64,000 bases of DNA. It comes from Negativicutes bacterium (GTDB lineage Bacteria > Bacillota > Negativicutes > UBA1444). The position numbers and the translations under genes were made by a program. The stretch is from the NCBI GenBank assembly GCA_963665275.2, contig CAXXIN010000007.1, positions 384,001-448,000 on the forward strand, written 5' to 3'. This document shows positions 42,114-51,726 of this stretch, piece after piece (the stretch's first letter is position 1; each line of letters opens with the position of its first letter). Below the pieces are notes generated by a model. That model was not told the origin of the DNA. It saw nothing but the letters and a program-made list of their open reading frames with translations, and did not search any database.

Positions 42114-43921
42114 TGAGTGGCGGATTCACAGGGCGCACCCTGGAAATTGACCTCAACCGACAGCGGCACTTCGTCAGCGATACCGATATGAAGGCCGCTG
42201 CCTTGTATCTCGGGGGCCGGGGAATGGGCATCAAGACACTGTGGGATCGTATCCCGACGGCTGGCCTGGATCCCCTGTCACCGGAGAATCCTTTGATGTT
42301 TTGGCCGGGTCCGCTGTCCGGTCTTCCTTTGGCAGGCGCCTCCCGCGTCTCAGTGGTTACCAAAGCAGCCAATACTTCTCCTTTGGACGGCAGTTTGGAA
42401 AATGCTTCGACCGTTACCTATTCCTCGATTGGCGGGCACTTCGGTCCAGCTTTGAAAATGGCGGGATTTGACGGCCTGATCCTGTCCGGCCGCTCTGATC
42501 GGCCGGTTGTGTTGATCATTGACGAAAACAAGATTTCATTCCGGGATGCTGCCGATCTCTGGGGGCAAACTACATCGATAACGCTCGAAACGCTGGGCCG
42601 TGAACTGGGACCTGATTTCCGGCTGCTGGCGATCGGACCGGCCGGGGAAAAAGGTGTCCGCTTCGCCGGCATTGTCAGCGATGTCCGGCGCACCACTGCT
42701 CGTGGCGGTTCCGGCGCTGTGATGGGATCAAAAAACATAAAGGCGATTGCCGTACGGGGTACGATCCCTATCCCCATGAACAAGGCTGAGGGACTAATGG
42801 CTTTGCGCCGCGAAACAGCCACTCTTTTGTCCTCTTGGAGCAATTATACCCACTGGCGACGTTGGGGCCCAACTCCACTGTTATTGTCGTCGGCCCAGGC
42901 CGGCATGCTGACCACGAAAAACTTCCGGGAAGGTTCCTGGCAGAATATCGCCAATCTGTCAATTCCCACCACCGAACGCGAGTTTTGGGTCCACCACACA
43001 GCCTGTGCCCACTGCACCCTGAAATGCGTCAAAATCGGCCAGATATCCCAGGGTCCCTGGAAAGGCGTGATTGCAGAAGGCCCCGGCTATAGCGCCGGCG
43101 CAATGTTGGGCTCCAATTGCGGCGTTTCCGATCTGGGCGGTCTGATGAAACTGATCTCCCGGGCCGATGACCTGGGAATGGATCCGATCGCGGCCGGCAA
43201 TGTGCTAGGATTTGTTATGGATTTATACCACAACGGTGTGCTTGGCAGCGCAGAGCTGGGCGGATTGTCTCCCGAGTGGGGCAAGGTTCCCGTGATGTTG
43301 GAATTGCTCGACCAAATTGCCTTCAGGCAAGGAATCGGAGAAGTTCTGTCACTCGGCGTGAAAAAAGCTGCCGCTGCCTTCGGTGCAAAATCTGTTCCTT
43401 TTGCCATGCATGTCAAAGGACAAGAACTAGCCGGCTGGAATGTACCTGCCAGTCATGATTTTGCGCTTGTCTACGGAACTGCCAACCGAGGCGGCAGCCA
43501 TCAGGAAGGCGCCACGATTCAGGAACAGCATCGCCGTACGTTTTTGGATGCGTTGTGCGTCTGCCGATTTGTTTATGGTGCAGTCGGCTTGGCTCCATAT
43601 CAGAGAGCTCTCTCGCTGGCAACCGGATGGCAAAGTGACGACGCTTCCATGCTGGCAGCCGGCGAACGCATCTGGACGCTGGAAAAAATGTTCAATGCGC
43701 GGGAAGGATTCCGTCGCGCAGATGATCGGCTTCCCCCCAGCATGACTTCCATCGTTTTCACCACCGGACCGAAAAAGGGAGCCAGCTTTCCTGCGGAAAA
43801 ACAGGAATCTCTGTTGGACAAATATTACGGGGATCGCGGTTGGGAGGTAAAAACCAGCCTGCCGACACCCGCAAAACTCAAATCGCTCGGGATCGACAAG
43901 CTGGTTGAAAAACAGTCCTGA
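42113..43921 (+). CDS. Aldehyde:ferredoxin oxidoreductase-family (AOR/WOR) protein
   Basis: YLGGRG, LKMAGFD, IGPAGE, RGGSGAVMGSKNIKAI, CAHCTLKC, VKGQE, FNAREG..DDRLP and YY..RGW. Confidence 0.92.
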   Translation: MSGGFTGRTLEIDLNRQRHFVSDTDMKAAALYLGGRGMGIKTLWDRIPTAGLDPLSPENPLMFWPGPLSGLPLAGASRVSVVTKAANTSPLDGSLENASTVTYSSIGGHFGPALKMAGFDGLILSGRSDRPVVLIIDENKISFRDAADLWGQTTSITLETLGRELGPDFRLLAIGPAGEKGVRFAGIVSDVRRTTARGGSGAVMGSKNIKAIAVRGTIPIPMNKAEGLMALRRETATLLSSWSNYTHWRRWGPTPLLLSSAQAGMLTTKNFREGSWQNIANLSIPTTEREFWVHHTACAHCTLKCVKIGQISQGPWKGVIAEGPGYSAGAMLGSNCGVSDLGGLMKLISRADDLGMDPIAAGNVLGFVMDLYHNGVLGSAELGGLSPEWGKVPVMLELLDQIAFRQGIGEVLSLGVKKAAAAFGAKSVPFAMHVKGQELAGWNVPASHDFALVYGTANRGGSHQEGATIQEQHRRTFLDALCVCRFVYGAVGLAPYQRALSLATGWQSDDASMLAAGERIWTLEKMFNAREGFRRADDRLPPSMTSIVFTTGPKKGASFPAEKQESLLDKYYGDRGWEVKTSLPTPAKLKSLGIDKLVEKQS

Positions 43922-43930
43922 TTGCTTAGG

Positions 43931-45289
43931 TTAGTTGGTCAGGCTGCGAATCGGCGCCGGGATGCGGCCGCCGCGAGCAATGAACACATCTGGTCGGAAC
44001 CGGTTGACGGCCATAACTGGCGCATGCCCCAGCAAACCGCCGAAAACGACCGAATCCCCCACAGTTTTACCTGGAACGGGAATAATCCTGACTGCGGTGG
44101 TTTTGTTGTTGATAACTCCGATCGCCGCTTCGTCGGCGATGATGGCCGAAATGGTCGCTGCGGAAGTATCGCCGGGAACTGCGATCATGTCGAGTCCCAC
44201 AGAGCAGACGCAGGTCATGGCTTCCAGTTTCTCAAGCGTCAGGGCGCCTCTTTCCACCGCAGCGATCATGCCTGCATCTTCGCTGACAGGAATGAATGCG
44301 CCGGAGAGTCCGCCAACATGGGAAGAAGCCATCAAGCCGCCCTTTTTCACTGCATCATTCAGCAGCGCCAGCGCCGCAGTGGTGCCAGGAGCGCCGGTGC
44401 TCTCCAGACCCATCTCTTCGAGAATGGCGGCCACACTGTCTCCGATGGCCGGAGTTGGCGCCAATGAAAGATCTACGATGCCGAAGGGAACGTTCAGCCT
44501 GCGTGAGGCTTCCTGCGCCACCAACTGCCCCACACGGGTAATCTTGAAGGCGGTTTTTTTGATTGTTTCCGCAACCACGCCCAGGTCCGCGCCCCGAACT
44601 TGTTCGATAGCACGCATAACCACACCCGGCCCACTGACACCAACACTGATGCAGGCTTCCGCTTCTCCCACTCCATGAAAAGCCCCGGCCATGAAGGGAT
44701 TGTCCTCCACCGCATTGGCAAATACGACGAGTTTGGCGCAGCCAATGGCATCCCGATCTTGTGTGAGATGAGCCGTTTGCTTGATGATTTCACCCATGCG
44801 GGCCACACAGTCCATGTTGATTCCACTGGAGGTCGAGGCCAAATTGACGGAGGAGCAAACGCGGTCGGTGACTGACAGTGCTTCCGGAATGGATTCCAAT
44901 AGCACCAAATCGCCCTTAGTGAAACCCTTCTGCACCAAGGCGGAAAATCCGCCTATGAAATTCACGCCGACAGTTTTCGCTGCCCGATCCAGCGCTTCGG
45001 CCACAGCGACATAACTATCGGTATGACAGGCCTCAGCCGCGATGGCAATCGGGGTCACCGAAATCCTTTTATTGATGATGGGAACGCCGTATTCGGCTTC
45101 AATATCTTCGCCTACTCTGACGAGATGTTCGGCTTTGTGTGTAATTTTTTCATAAATATTCTGGCAAAACACAGTCAGATCAGGGTGGGCGCAGTCACGC
45201 AAACTGATTCCCATCGTGATGGTTCTGACATCCAGATTCTGTTCCTTGATCATTCGGTTCGTTTCGAGTATATCCTGCAGTTCAATCAT
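43931..45289 (-). CDS. PFL-family protein (DUF711/UPF0210)
   Basis: [38 protein letters not shown] and GRIPAP. Confidence 0.92.
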   Translation of the reverse strand: MIELQDILETNRMIKEQNLDVRTITMGISLRDCAHPDLTVFCQNIYEKITHKAEHLVRVGEDIEAEYGVPIINKRISVTPIAIAAEACHTDSYVAVAEALDRAAKTVGVNFIGGFSALVQKGFTKGDLVLLESIPEALSVTDRVCSSVNLASTSSGINMDCVARMGEIIKQTAHLTQDRDAIGCAKLVVFANAVEDNPFMAGAFHGVGEAEACISVGVSGPGVVMRAIEQVRGADLGVVAETIKKTAFKITRVGQLVAQEASRRLNVPFGIVDLSLAPTPAIGDSVAAILEEMGLESTGAPGTTAALALLNDAVKKGGLMASSHVGGLSGAFIPVSEDAGMIAAVERGALTLEKLEAMTCVCSVGLDMIAVPGDTSAATISAIIADEAAIGVINNKTTAVRIIPVPGKTVGDSVVFGGLLGHAPVMAVNRFRPDVFIARGGRIPAPIRSLTN

Positions 45290-45302
45290 TCAAGCACCCC
45301 CC

Positions 45303-45572
45303 TCATACCCGGTGCATGACTTGAAAAATATCGGCGTGCTGCGCCCGAATTTCGAGTCCAATGGCTTCGCCTTTGTTCTTCAGGATCTCCTGCAGTTCTT
45401 TGAGGCTGATTTTGGCCTCAGCCATATCGGCCGTCATGATCATGTTGAAAAATCCATCCAGTATGGTCTGATCAAGATTGAGGATATTGACGCCGTTTTC
45501 AGCCAGCACGGTGGCAACCATTGCGATGATGCCAACCCGGTCGCGTCCAAGAACGCTGATGACGATTTTCAT
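45303..45572 (-). CDS. ACT-domain protein (UPF0237)
   Basis: VLGRDRVGIIA, NILN..QT, IFQVMHRV; canonical partner of DUF711. Confidence 0.92.
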   Translation of the reverse strand: MKIVISVLGRDRVGIIAMVATVLAENGVNILNLDQTILDGFFNMIMTADMAEAKISLKELQEILKNKGEAIGLEIRAQHADIFQVMHRV

Positions 45573-45687
45573 GATACCGCTCCTTTATCTAATGGTTTCA
45601 TTGATTGGGTTAACTATTATTGTATTTTCCACAGCCAAATAAAGCAAGCACACAGCCGCTAAAATCTGACAAGGGGGTAACAAAGCC

Positions 45688-46356
45688 ATGAATCTGTTCG
45701 ATGTCATTGGCCCCATCATGATTGGCCCTTCCAGTTCTCACACCGCCGGCGCGGTTCGCTTGGGTAAACTGGCTCTGGCCTTGCTGGGAGAACCAGTTCG
45801 CGAAGCCTACATCGGCCTCCACGGCTCATTCGCCAGCACTGGCAGGGGACACGGAACGGACAGGGCTCTGGTTGCCGGCCTGATGGGCTGGAATACCGAT
45901 GATTCCCGTATTCCCAAGTCATTCGAAGCGGCTGCCGCCGAAGCCCTGTCTTTTCACTTTGAAACCGTTTGCCTGGGCGACGGCGCACATCCCAATACCG
46001 TCCTGTTTGCCCTGAAAGGAAAAGGAGAAGGCGTACTGCGCCTTACAGGTTGTTCTGTAGGAGCCGGTCGCATAAAAATGACTGAGCTCAATGGGTTCCC
46101 TTTGGAATTAACAGGTGAGTTCGCCTCCCTGATCACTTTGCATCATGATCGACCGGGCGTTATCCATAGCGTAACCGGCGTTCTCGCGTCAAGGTCTGTT
46201 AATGTGGCTGAAATGCGGGTATCACGAAGGAAACGGGGAAGCACAGCCGTCATGGTCATCGATGTGGACGGAACGGTTCCACAGGATGTCGTAGAAGCTG
46301 TCGCCGGACTCCCCGAGATCATAGCCGCACGGCGTTTAACCCCTGTTATGTCATAG
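45688..46356 (+). CDS. sdaAB: Fe-S L-serine dehydratase, beta subunit
   Basis: GPIMIGPSSSHTAGA, GHGTD, HPNT and C-terminal ACT domain. Confidence 0.96.
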   Translation: MNLFDVIGPIMIGPSSSHTAGAVRLGKLALALLGEPVREAYIGLHGSFASTGRGHGTDRALVAGLMGWNTDDSRIPKSFEAAAAEALSFHFETVCLGDGAHPNTVLFALKGKGEGVLRLTGCSVGAGRIKMTELNGFPLELTGEFASLITLHHDRPGVIHSVTGVLASRSVNVAEMRVSRRKRGSTAVMVIDVDGTVPQDVVEAVAGLPEIIAARRLTPVMS

Positions 46357-46372
46357 AGGAGGGACCCTTTAT

Positions 46373-47269
46373 ATGGAGAAATTATCCTTATTATCCTTGA
46401 TTGAGGACGCAGCTGCCAACGAATCCTCTTTTTCCCACTACTGTCTGCAGTTGCAGGCAACAGAAATGGAACTGGATGAAGATCTGCTGCTGCAAAAAAT
46501 GCAGGAATCCCTCCTCGTCATGCGAAATGCGATCGACTATGGACTCACCGGAGTCCGATCCACCGGCGGCCTGGCCGGAGGAGACGGATTGCGCCTCCAA
46601 ACGCGGCACGCGGCAGCCAATAATGGTCTGATATTGGGACCTTTAGCTGCAAAGGCCTCGTCGTATGCCTTGGCAGCCAACGAGGCGAATGCCGCCATGG
46701 GAAGGATTTGCGCCGCCCCCACTGCCGGGTCCAGTGGCGTGCTGCCGGCTGTGCTGTTCTCCATCGCCGAAGAACGGGGCCTGAAGCAAAACGATCTCGC
46801 GCTGGCGCTTGTATCCGCAGGCGTCATCGGCATGGTGATTGCTTCCCGTGCTTCGCTTTCCGGCGCCGAAGGAGGCTGCCAGGCTGAATGCGGCAGCGCC
46901 GCCGCAATGGCTGCCGGAGCCGCCGTTGAACTAGTCGGGGGTACGCCGCATCAGGTGGGGCATGCCGTTGCCTTTGCTTTGAAAAACTTATTGGGCCTGG
47001 TGTGTGATCCTGTCGCTGGGCTGGTCGAAGTTCCCTGTGTCAAACGCAACGCCGGTGCGGCCATGATTGCGCTCCTGTCTGCCGATATGGCCTTATCTGG
47101 AATTGAAAGTATCATTCCTGTCGATGAAGTGATGGATGCGATGGCCGCCGTTGGCCGTTCAATGCCAGCCGCTTTGCGGGAAACTGGCCAGGGAGGCCTG
47201 GCTGCAACCCCGACGGGTTTGCAGTGCGCCGAACGAATCTTCGGAGCCCGAAGTCACCTGAGCGAATAA
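46373..47269 (+). CDS. sdaAA: Fe-S L-serine dehydratase, alpha subunit
   Basis: AAPTAGSSG, GGCQAE, GLVCDPVAGLVEVPCVKRN and LRET..GGLA. Confidence 0.96.
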   Translation: MEKLSLLSLIEDAAANESSFSHYCLQLQATEMELDEDLLLQKMQESLLVMRNAIDYGLTGVRSTGGLAGGDGLRLQTRHAAANNGLILGPLAAKASSYALAANEANAAMGRICAAPTAGSSGVLPAVLFSIAEERGLKQNDLALALVSAGVIGMVIASRASLSGAEGGCQAECGSAAAMAAGAAVELVGGTPHQVGHAVAFALKNLLGLVCDPVAGLVEVPCVKRNAGAAMIALLSADMALSGIESIIPVDEVMDAMAAVGRSMPAALRETGQGGLAATPTGLQCAERIFGARSHLSE

Positions 47270-47271
47270 CA

Positions 47272-47311
47272 AAGGAGCCGTGCTGAAACTTAACTTTCGG
47301 CGCGGCTCCTT
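47272..47311. terminator. Hairpin between convergent sdaAA and uraA
   Basis: AAGGAGCCGTGCTGAAA...TTTCGGCGCGGCTCCTT. Confidence 0.7.
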
Positions 47312-47331
47312 CGCAACTGACAGCAAGAGAA

Positions 47332-48621
47332 TTATGCTTCCGGACCCCCATCATTGGCCAGATTAAACTTGTCAAGCATGTAAAACAGCAGACTGACAAA
47401 AATAGAAACGATGGTTCCGAGCGCCATCCCTTTCAGTTCAATCGCACCGACCTTGATGGCCGCACCGCTGATGCCGGAAATCAAAACAACGGAAGTCAAA
47501 ATCAGGTTGCGTGATTTGGTATAATCGACTTTCTTTTCAATCAACATGCGGATACCAGCTGCTGCGATGACGCCGAACAGCAGAATACAGACGCCGCCCA
47601 TGACCGGCACTGGGATGCTGCGGATGATGGCGGCAAATTTGCCGACGAAGGAAATGGCGATCGCGATACAAGCTGCGCCGCCGATCACCCATACGCTGAA
47701 CACTTTTGTAATCGCCATAACGCCTATATTTTCACCATACGTGGTATTCGGTGTAGCACCCACCAAGCCGGACAAGATATTGGAAATGCCGTCGCCCAGC
47801 AAAGACCGGTCCAACCCGGGGTCTTTCACCAGATCCTTGCCCACGATATTGCCTGTCACCACCAAATGGCCGATATGCTCCGCCAGCACCACGAAAGCCG
47901 CTGGCAGAATCATCAGCATGGCCCCCGCGTTGAAGGTCGGGGCATAAAGTGTCGGCACTTCAAACCAGGGCGCCGCTGCTATACTGGCAAAATCCACGAT
48001 GCCCATCGCTATCGAGAACAGATAGCCAGCCACGACCCCGATGAGAACCGGAATCGCCGCGAGAAAGCCCCGCAGCAGGATGGATCCGAGAATCGTCACC
48101 GCCAGCGTGAACATTGAAACGGTTATTGCGGTAACATAAGGAATTTTGAGCTGTTCAATCAGTTTGCCTGTGAGGCCTGCCATATCTGTCGCCACCGGCG
48201 CCAACTCCAAGCCGATGATCGCAACGATGGCCCCCATGGCGGCCGGCGGGAAAATAACGTCGATCCAGCGGGTACCGGCCACACGGACCAGCTGCGATAT
48301 CAAAACAAAGAACAGGCCGAACATGATAAATCCACCTTGGGCGGCTGCATATCCCCCCAAACTGGGGTCGGCCATAATTGCAAAAACTGGCGAAATGAAA
48401 GCGAAACTTGAGCCGAGATAGGCCGGGATGCGACCTCGGGCTATCACCAGATAGATGATGGTTCCAATCCCGTTCATCAGCAGCGACGTCGCGGGATTGA
48501 CCTTGAACAGGAACGGTACGAGAACCGTGGCGCCGAACATTGCGAACAGATGCTGCAAACTCAGGGGGAAAGTTTGTCCCAGTGGCAATTTTTCTTGAAC
48601 CTGAATAATTCTTCTCTCCAT
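47332..48621 (-). CDS. uraA: Uracil permease (NCS2 family)
   Basis: QHLFAMFGATVLVP, YLGSSFAF, EHIGH and PNTTYGENIG. Confidence 0.93.
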   Translation of the reverse strand: MERRIIQVQEKLPLGQTFPLSLQHLFAMFGATVLVPFLFKVNPATSLLMNGIGTIIYLVIARGRIPAYLGSSFAFISPVFAIMADPSLGGYAAAQGGFIMFGLFFVLISQLVRVAGTRWIDVIFPPAAMGAIVAIIGLELAPVATDMAGLTGKLIEQLKIPYVTAITVSMFTLAVTILGSILLRGFLAAIPVLIGVVAGYLFSIAMGIVDFASIAAAPWFEVPTLYAPTFNAGAMLMILPAAFVVLAEHIGHLVVTGNIVGKDLVKDPGLDRSLLGDGISNILSGLVGATPNTTYGENIGVMAITKVFSVWVIGGAACIAIAISFVGKFAAIIRSIPVPVMGGVCILLFGVIAAAGIRMLIEKKVDYTKSRNLILTSVVLISGISGAAIKVGAIELKGMALGTIVSIFVSLLFYMLDKFNLANDGGPEA

Positions 48622-48663
48622 AAATTCATCTCCTATCCTTTAAAAATATAAGACCGACTGCAG

Positions 48664-48713
48664 GAAAAAAGACGCCCACAATTCGTAGAGCCTACAAATC
48701 ATGTCACGTCTTT
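48664..48713 (-). terminator. Terminator/attenuator in the uraA leader
   Basis: Minus strand AAAGACGU...GUAG-GCU-CUAC...GCGUCUUUUUU, ~45 nt before the start codon. Confidence 0.65.
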
Positions 48714-48811
48714 GCGCATGAGGACCTCCGCTTGAGCATTCTTGCCCTTTACATAAAATTCGGAGTTCGTTGAAAAAAACCCTTTCGCAAATCAATATTT
48801 ATTTTTACAGT

Positions 48812-49579
48812 TCATTTTTTCCTTTTATTCTCTCGGAAATATTCATATGTCAGTGCCGTGCGATCGGCTACTACCATCCCGGCAGTCACGTCCGCAACAA
48901 ACAAGTTATGGGTTCCAACGTCCAGAATCTTGTCAGGGATCACGCGCGCCTCCAAATAAGCCATGCAGTTGCACAGAATCGGGCAACCATTTTCCCCCAG
49001 CACATAAGAAACTTCGGCGAACTTATCCGCAACACGGCCTGAGCGATATCCGAAGTTCCGCACCATATCGAACTGCTCCTGTCCCAGCAGCGAAACCGTA
49101 AAACAACCAGCTTGCGAGATGAATTCATGGGTCAGGTTGTTCTTGTTCAGGCAAACTGCGATTCGCAGCGGCGGATCAGTCAGTTGAAAGACGGTGTTGG
49201 AAATCTGGCCGTTCAGTTTTCCATCTTTAATAGAAGATACAACATACAGTCCATAGCTGATTTTATCAAGCGCCGCGCGCGCAGTTCCTTCCGTCGAGTT
49301 CAAAACGCTCGCAGCTGTAAGTTGCTGAATCACATCCTCCAACAGAACGAACATCTCACGCCCCACGCCGCATACCGGGCAAACCTCAGGGGGCTCGTCT
49401 CCTTCATGGATATAGTCGCATACTGTACATTTCCACCGTTTCGGTTTGGCTCCCGACGGGGCAACTTCATCGGTATAAGGCACAAACTCTTCCGGTCCCA
49501 CGCCACACACCGGACAGACTTCCGGCGGTGTTTCTCCTTCATGAATATAGCCGCAAACCTTGCAACGCCACTTCTTCAT
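48812..49579 (-). CDS. Tandem rubredoxin-like domains + flavin reductase domain protein
   Basis: Two copies of WxCxVCxYIHEG..PPEVCPVCG; [14 protein letters not shown] and LTYEY. Confidence 0.9.
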   Translation of the reverse strand: MKKWRCKVCGYIHEGETPPEVCPVCGVGPEEFVPYTDEVAPSGAKPKRWKCTVCDYIHEGDEPPEVCPVCGVGREMFVLLEDVIQQLTAASVLNSTEGTARAALDKISYGLYVVSSIKDGKLNGQISNTVFQLTDPPLRIAVCLNKNNLTHEFISQAGCFTVSLLGQEQFDMVRNFGYRSGRVADKFAEVSYVLGENGCPILCNCMAYLEARVIPDKILDVGTHNLFVADVTAGMVVADRTALTYEYFRENKRKK

Positions 49580-49753
49580 CCTTTACTCCTCCGCTTGCTG
49601 CATATTTTCGCAATTCCTGACTATTTTGATTCGCTCTCCTCCGCCCGCATTCCTGCCAACCTGCACAAATTGACAGGAAAGATTGAAATTGTTAGTATGA
49701 AATCAGGCTATAGCCTCGCAAATCCTGACTACAAAAGGATGGGATAATTTATT

Positions 49754-49972
49754 ATGCTTACAAAAGAATTGATCGAACGCATCAATGCACTGTCCCAAAA
49801 ACAACGGCAGGATGGCCTGAATGAGGAAGAAAAATCCGAACAGGCCCTGCTCAGACGACAATATCTTGACAGCGTCAAGGAGCAGGTTCGCGGTCAGTTG
49901 GCTGCGGCCCAAATTCCTGAAAAACATGAAGTTTCGTGCACTTGCGGTTGCCATGGCGGGCATAAACATTGA
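49754..49972 (+). CDS. DUF896 (YnzC-like) small protein
   Basis: LIERINAL..K...GLNEEEK.EQ..LRRQYL. Confidence 0.88.
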   Translation: MLTKELIERINALSQKQRQDGLNEEEKSEQALLRRQYLDSVKEQVRGQLAAAQIPEKHEVSCTCGCHGGHKH

Positions 49973-50463
49973 TTCCGGTGATCTCCTTCATCGGGCGTTC
50001 CGGTGTCGGCAAAACGACCTATCTGGAAAAAATGATCGCTGAGCTGAAACGGCGTGGCTATCGGATCGGCGTTATCAAGCATGATATCCACGGATTTGAA
50101 ATGGACCACCCAGGCAAAGATACTTGGCGCCACGCGCAGGCAGGCGCCGATGTGGTCTGTATTTCATCCTCTGAAAAATTCGCCATGATCAAAAAAACTC
50201 ACTGCGACATGCCTCTTGATGAAATCGTTGCCAAAATAGATGATGTCGACATCATCCTGGTGGAGGGCTACAAAAACCACAGCGCCCGTCGGGTGGAAAT
50301 ATTCCGGCAGGCCGCCGGACGTGAACCACTTGGCCGACCCGCTGACATTTTCGCCGTGATTTCCGACATCCCGTTATATCAAGGCCTGCCCCACTTTGGG
50401 CTGGAGGAACCGGTATCCTTTGCCGATTACCTCATAGAGCGCATCCAGGATGACTGGCGATGA
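49969..50463 (+). CDS. mobB: Molybdopterin-guanine dinucleotide biosynthesis protein B
   Basis: GRSGVGKTT, IKHD, GKDTWRH and VEGYK. Confidence 0.93.
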   Translation: MIPVISFIGRSGVGKTTYLEKMIAELKRRGYRIGVIKHDIHGFEMDHPGKDTWRHAQAGADVVCISSSEKFAMIKKTHCDMPLDEIVAKIDDVDIILVEGYKNHSARRVEIFRQAAGREPLGRPADIFAVISDIPLYQGLPHFGLEEPVSFADYLIERIQDDWR

Positions 50464-51053
50464 CGGGGATTGTACTCGCGGGAGGGCGCAACCTCCGAAT
50501 GGGGCGGGACAAAGCGACCCTGCCCTGGCAAGGCGCCGATTTTCTGCATACGATCCTGCAAAGACTCTCCTCCGTCTGCAGTGAACTGATTGTCGTAACC
50601 AACAATCCGGCGCCCGGCATCATCGATGGCGTTCGATATGTCTCGGACATCATCCCGGGTTGCGGTCCCCTGTCAGGCATTCATGCCGGATTGCATTATG
50701 CGTCCTCCCCATTCTCCTTCGTCACCGCCTGCGACATGCCTTTTGTCAATTCAGCAGCGGTTTCCTGGTTGTTTTCCCAGGCGCAGGGCTGGGACGCTGT
50801 CATTCCCATTGAGGCTACCTTCACGGAACCTCTGTTTGCCTGCTACGCCAAGACCTGTATTCCGCATATCGAACTCCTGCTGCGTCAGGACATTCGCAAA
50901 ACCCAGAGGCTGATTCAGCTCATCCGATGTCGAAGCATTTCGCTCAACGACTTGCGCCTCTTCGATCCCGATCTGAAATTCCTGAGAAATATCAATTCAC
51001 CGGCGGATTACCAGGCAGCGCTGTCTGAAATAGGACAGCCGCCTGTGCTATAA
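50460..51053 (+). CDS. mobA: Molybdenum cofactor guanylyltransferase
   Basis: LAGG..RMGRDKA, GPLSGI, CDMPF, EPL and NIN. Confidence 0.93.
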   Translation: MTGIVLAGGRNLRMGRDKATLPWQGADFLHTILQRLSSVCSELIVVTNNPAPGIIDGVRYVSDIIPGCGPLSGIHAGLHYASSPFSFVTACDMPFVNSAAVSWLFSQAQGWDAVIPIEATFTEPLFACYAKTCIPHIELLLRQDIRKTQRLIQLIRCRSISLNDLRLFDPDLKFLRNINSPADYQAALSEIGQPPVL

Positions 51054-51096
51054 TATTATTTAAACTGCAAAGCAAAATTGCGACGGGGGAATTAAA

Positions 51097-51726
51097 ATGG
51101 CATTCACTCTGAAACCCAAAGAGGAAAAATTTTTCAGCACCTTGTTCGAACACGCTATGCTCGTCAGGGAAGCAACAGAGATTCTTCATGAAGCGATCTC
51201 GGACCGAGCCAAGATTCCTGAATTGATGGTGCGAATTACCGAAACAGAAAAAACAGCAGATGAAATTGTCGACCGGATTATGGTAAAACTCCATAAAACA
51301 TTTATCGCTCCCATGGATCGCGAAGATATCTTCACACTGGCCAAAAAGTTGGACGACATCATCGATTGTATCAAAGCTGCGATTGAACGAATGGATTTGT
51401 ATAATATCGGCGAACCATCAGAAAACATCAGGAGTATGTCGGAATTGATTTTAAAGTGCGGCAAACAGGTGGAAAAAGCACTGTTTAGCCTGCAAGACCT
51501 AAAGAAAGAACGACTTCGACTGCAGGCCCGCTGTGAGAGAATCATTGACATCGAGGCGGCAGGCGACGATCTGTACCGACAGGAAATGGGCAAACTTTTC
51601 CGGGAATGCACGGATGCCATAGAAATTATCAAATGGAAAGAAATATTAGTCAATCTGGAAGAGGTTCTGGATTTGTCCGAAGATGTCGCCACATCCTTGA
51701 AGCGGGTCGTCATTAAATATGCCTGA
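51097..51726 (+). CDS. DUF47 phosphate transport regulator (Pit accessory)
   Basis: LHKTFIAPMDREDI and IIKWKEI; overlaps the pit start. Confidence 0.9.
   Translation: MAFTLKPKEEKFFSTLFEHAMLVREATEILHEAISDRAKIPELMVRITETEKTADEIVDRIMVKLHKTFIAPMDREDIFTLAKKLDDIIDCIKAAIERMDLYNIGEPSENIRSMSELILKCGKQVEKALFSLQDLKKERLRLQARCERIIDIEAAGDDLYRQEMGKLFRECTDAIEIIKWKEILVNLEEVLDLSEDVATSLKRVVIKYA

Noticed and set aside
43935-44678. Long shadow ORFs (e.g. 247 aa here, 273 aa at 1327-2148, 225 aa at 56960-57637)
   Set aside because: They overlap well-supported genes on the opposite strand or in another frame, which is typical of GC-biased codon usage.
48630-48780. Canonical PyrR-binding attenuator
   Set aside because: The ARUCCNGNGAGGYU loop is absent; kept only as a non-canonical candidate.
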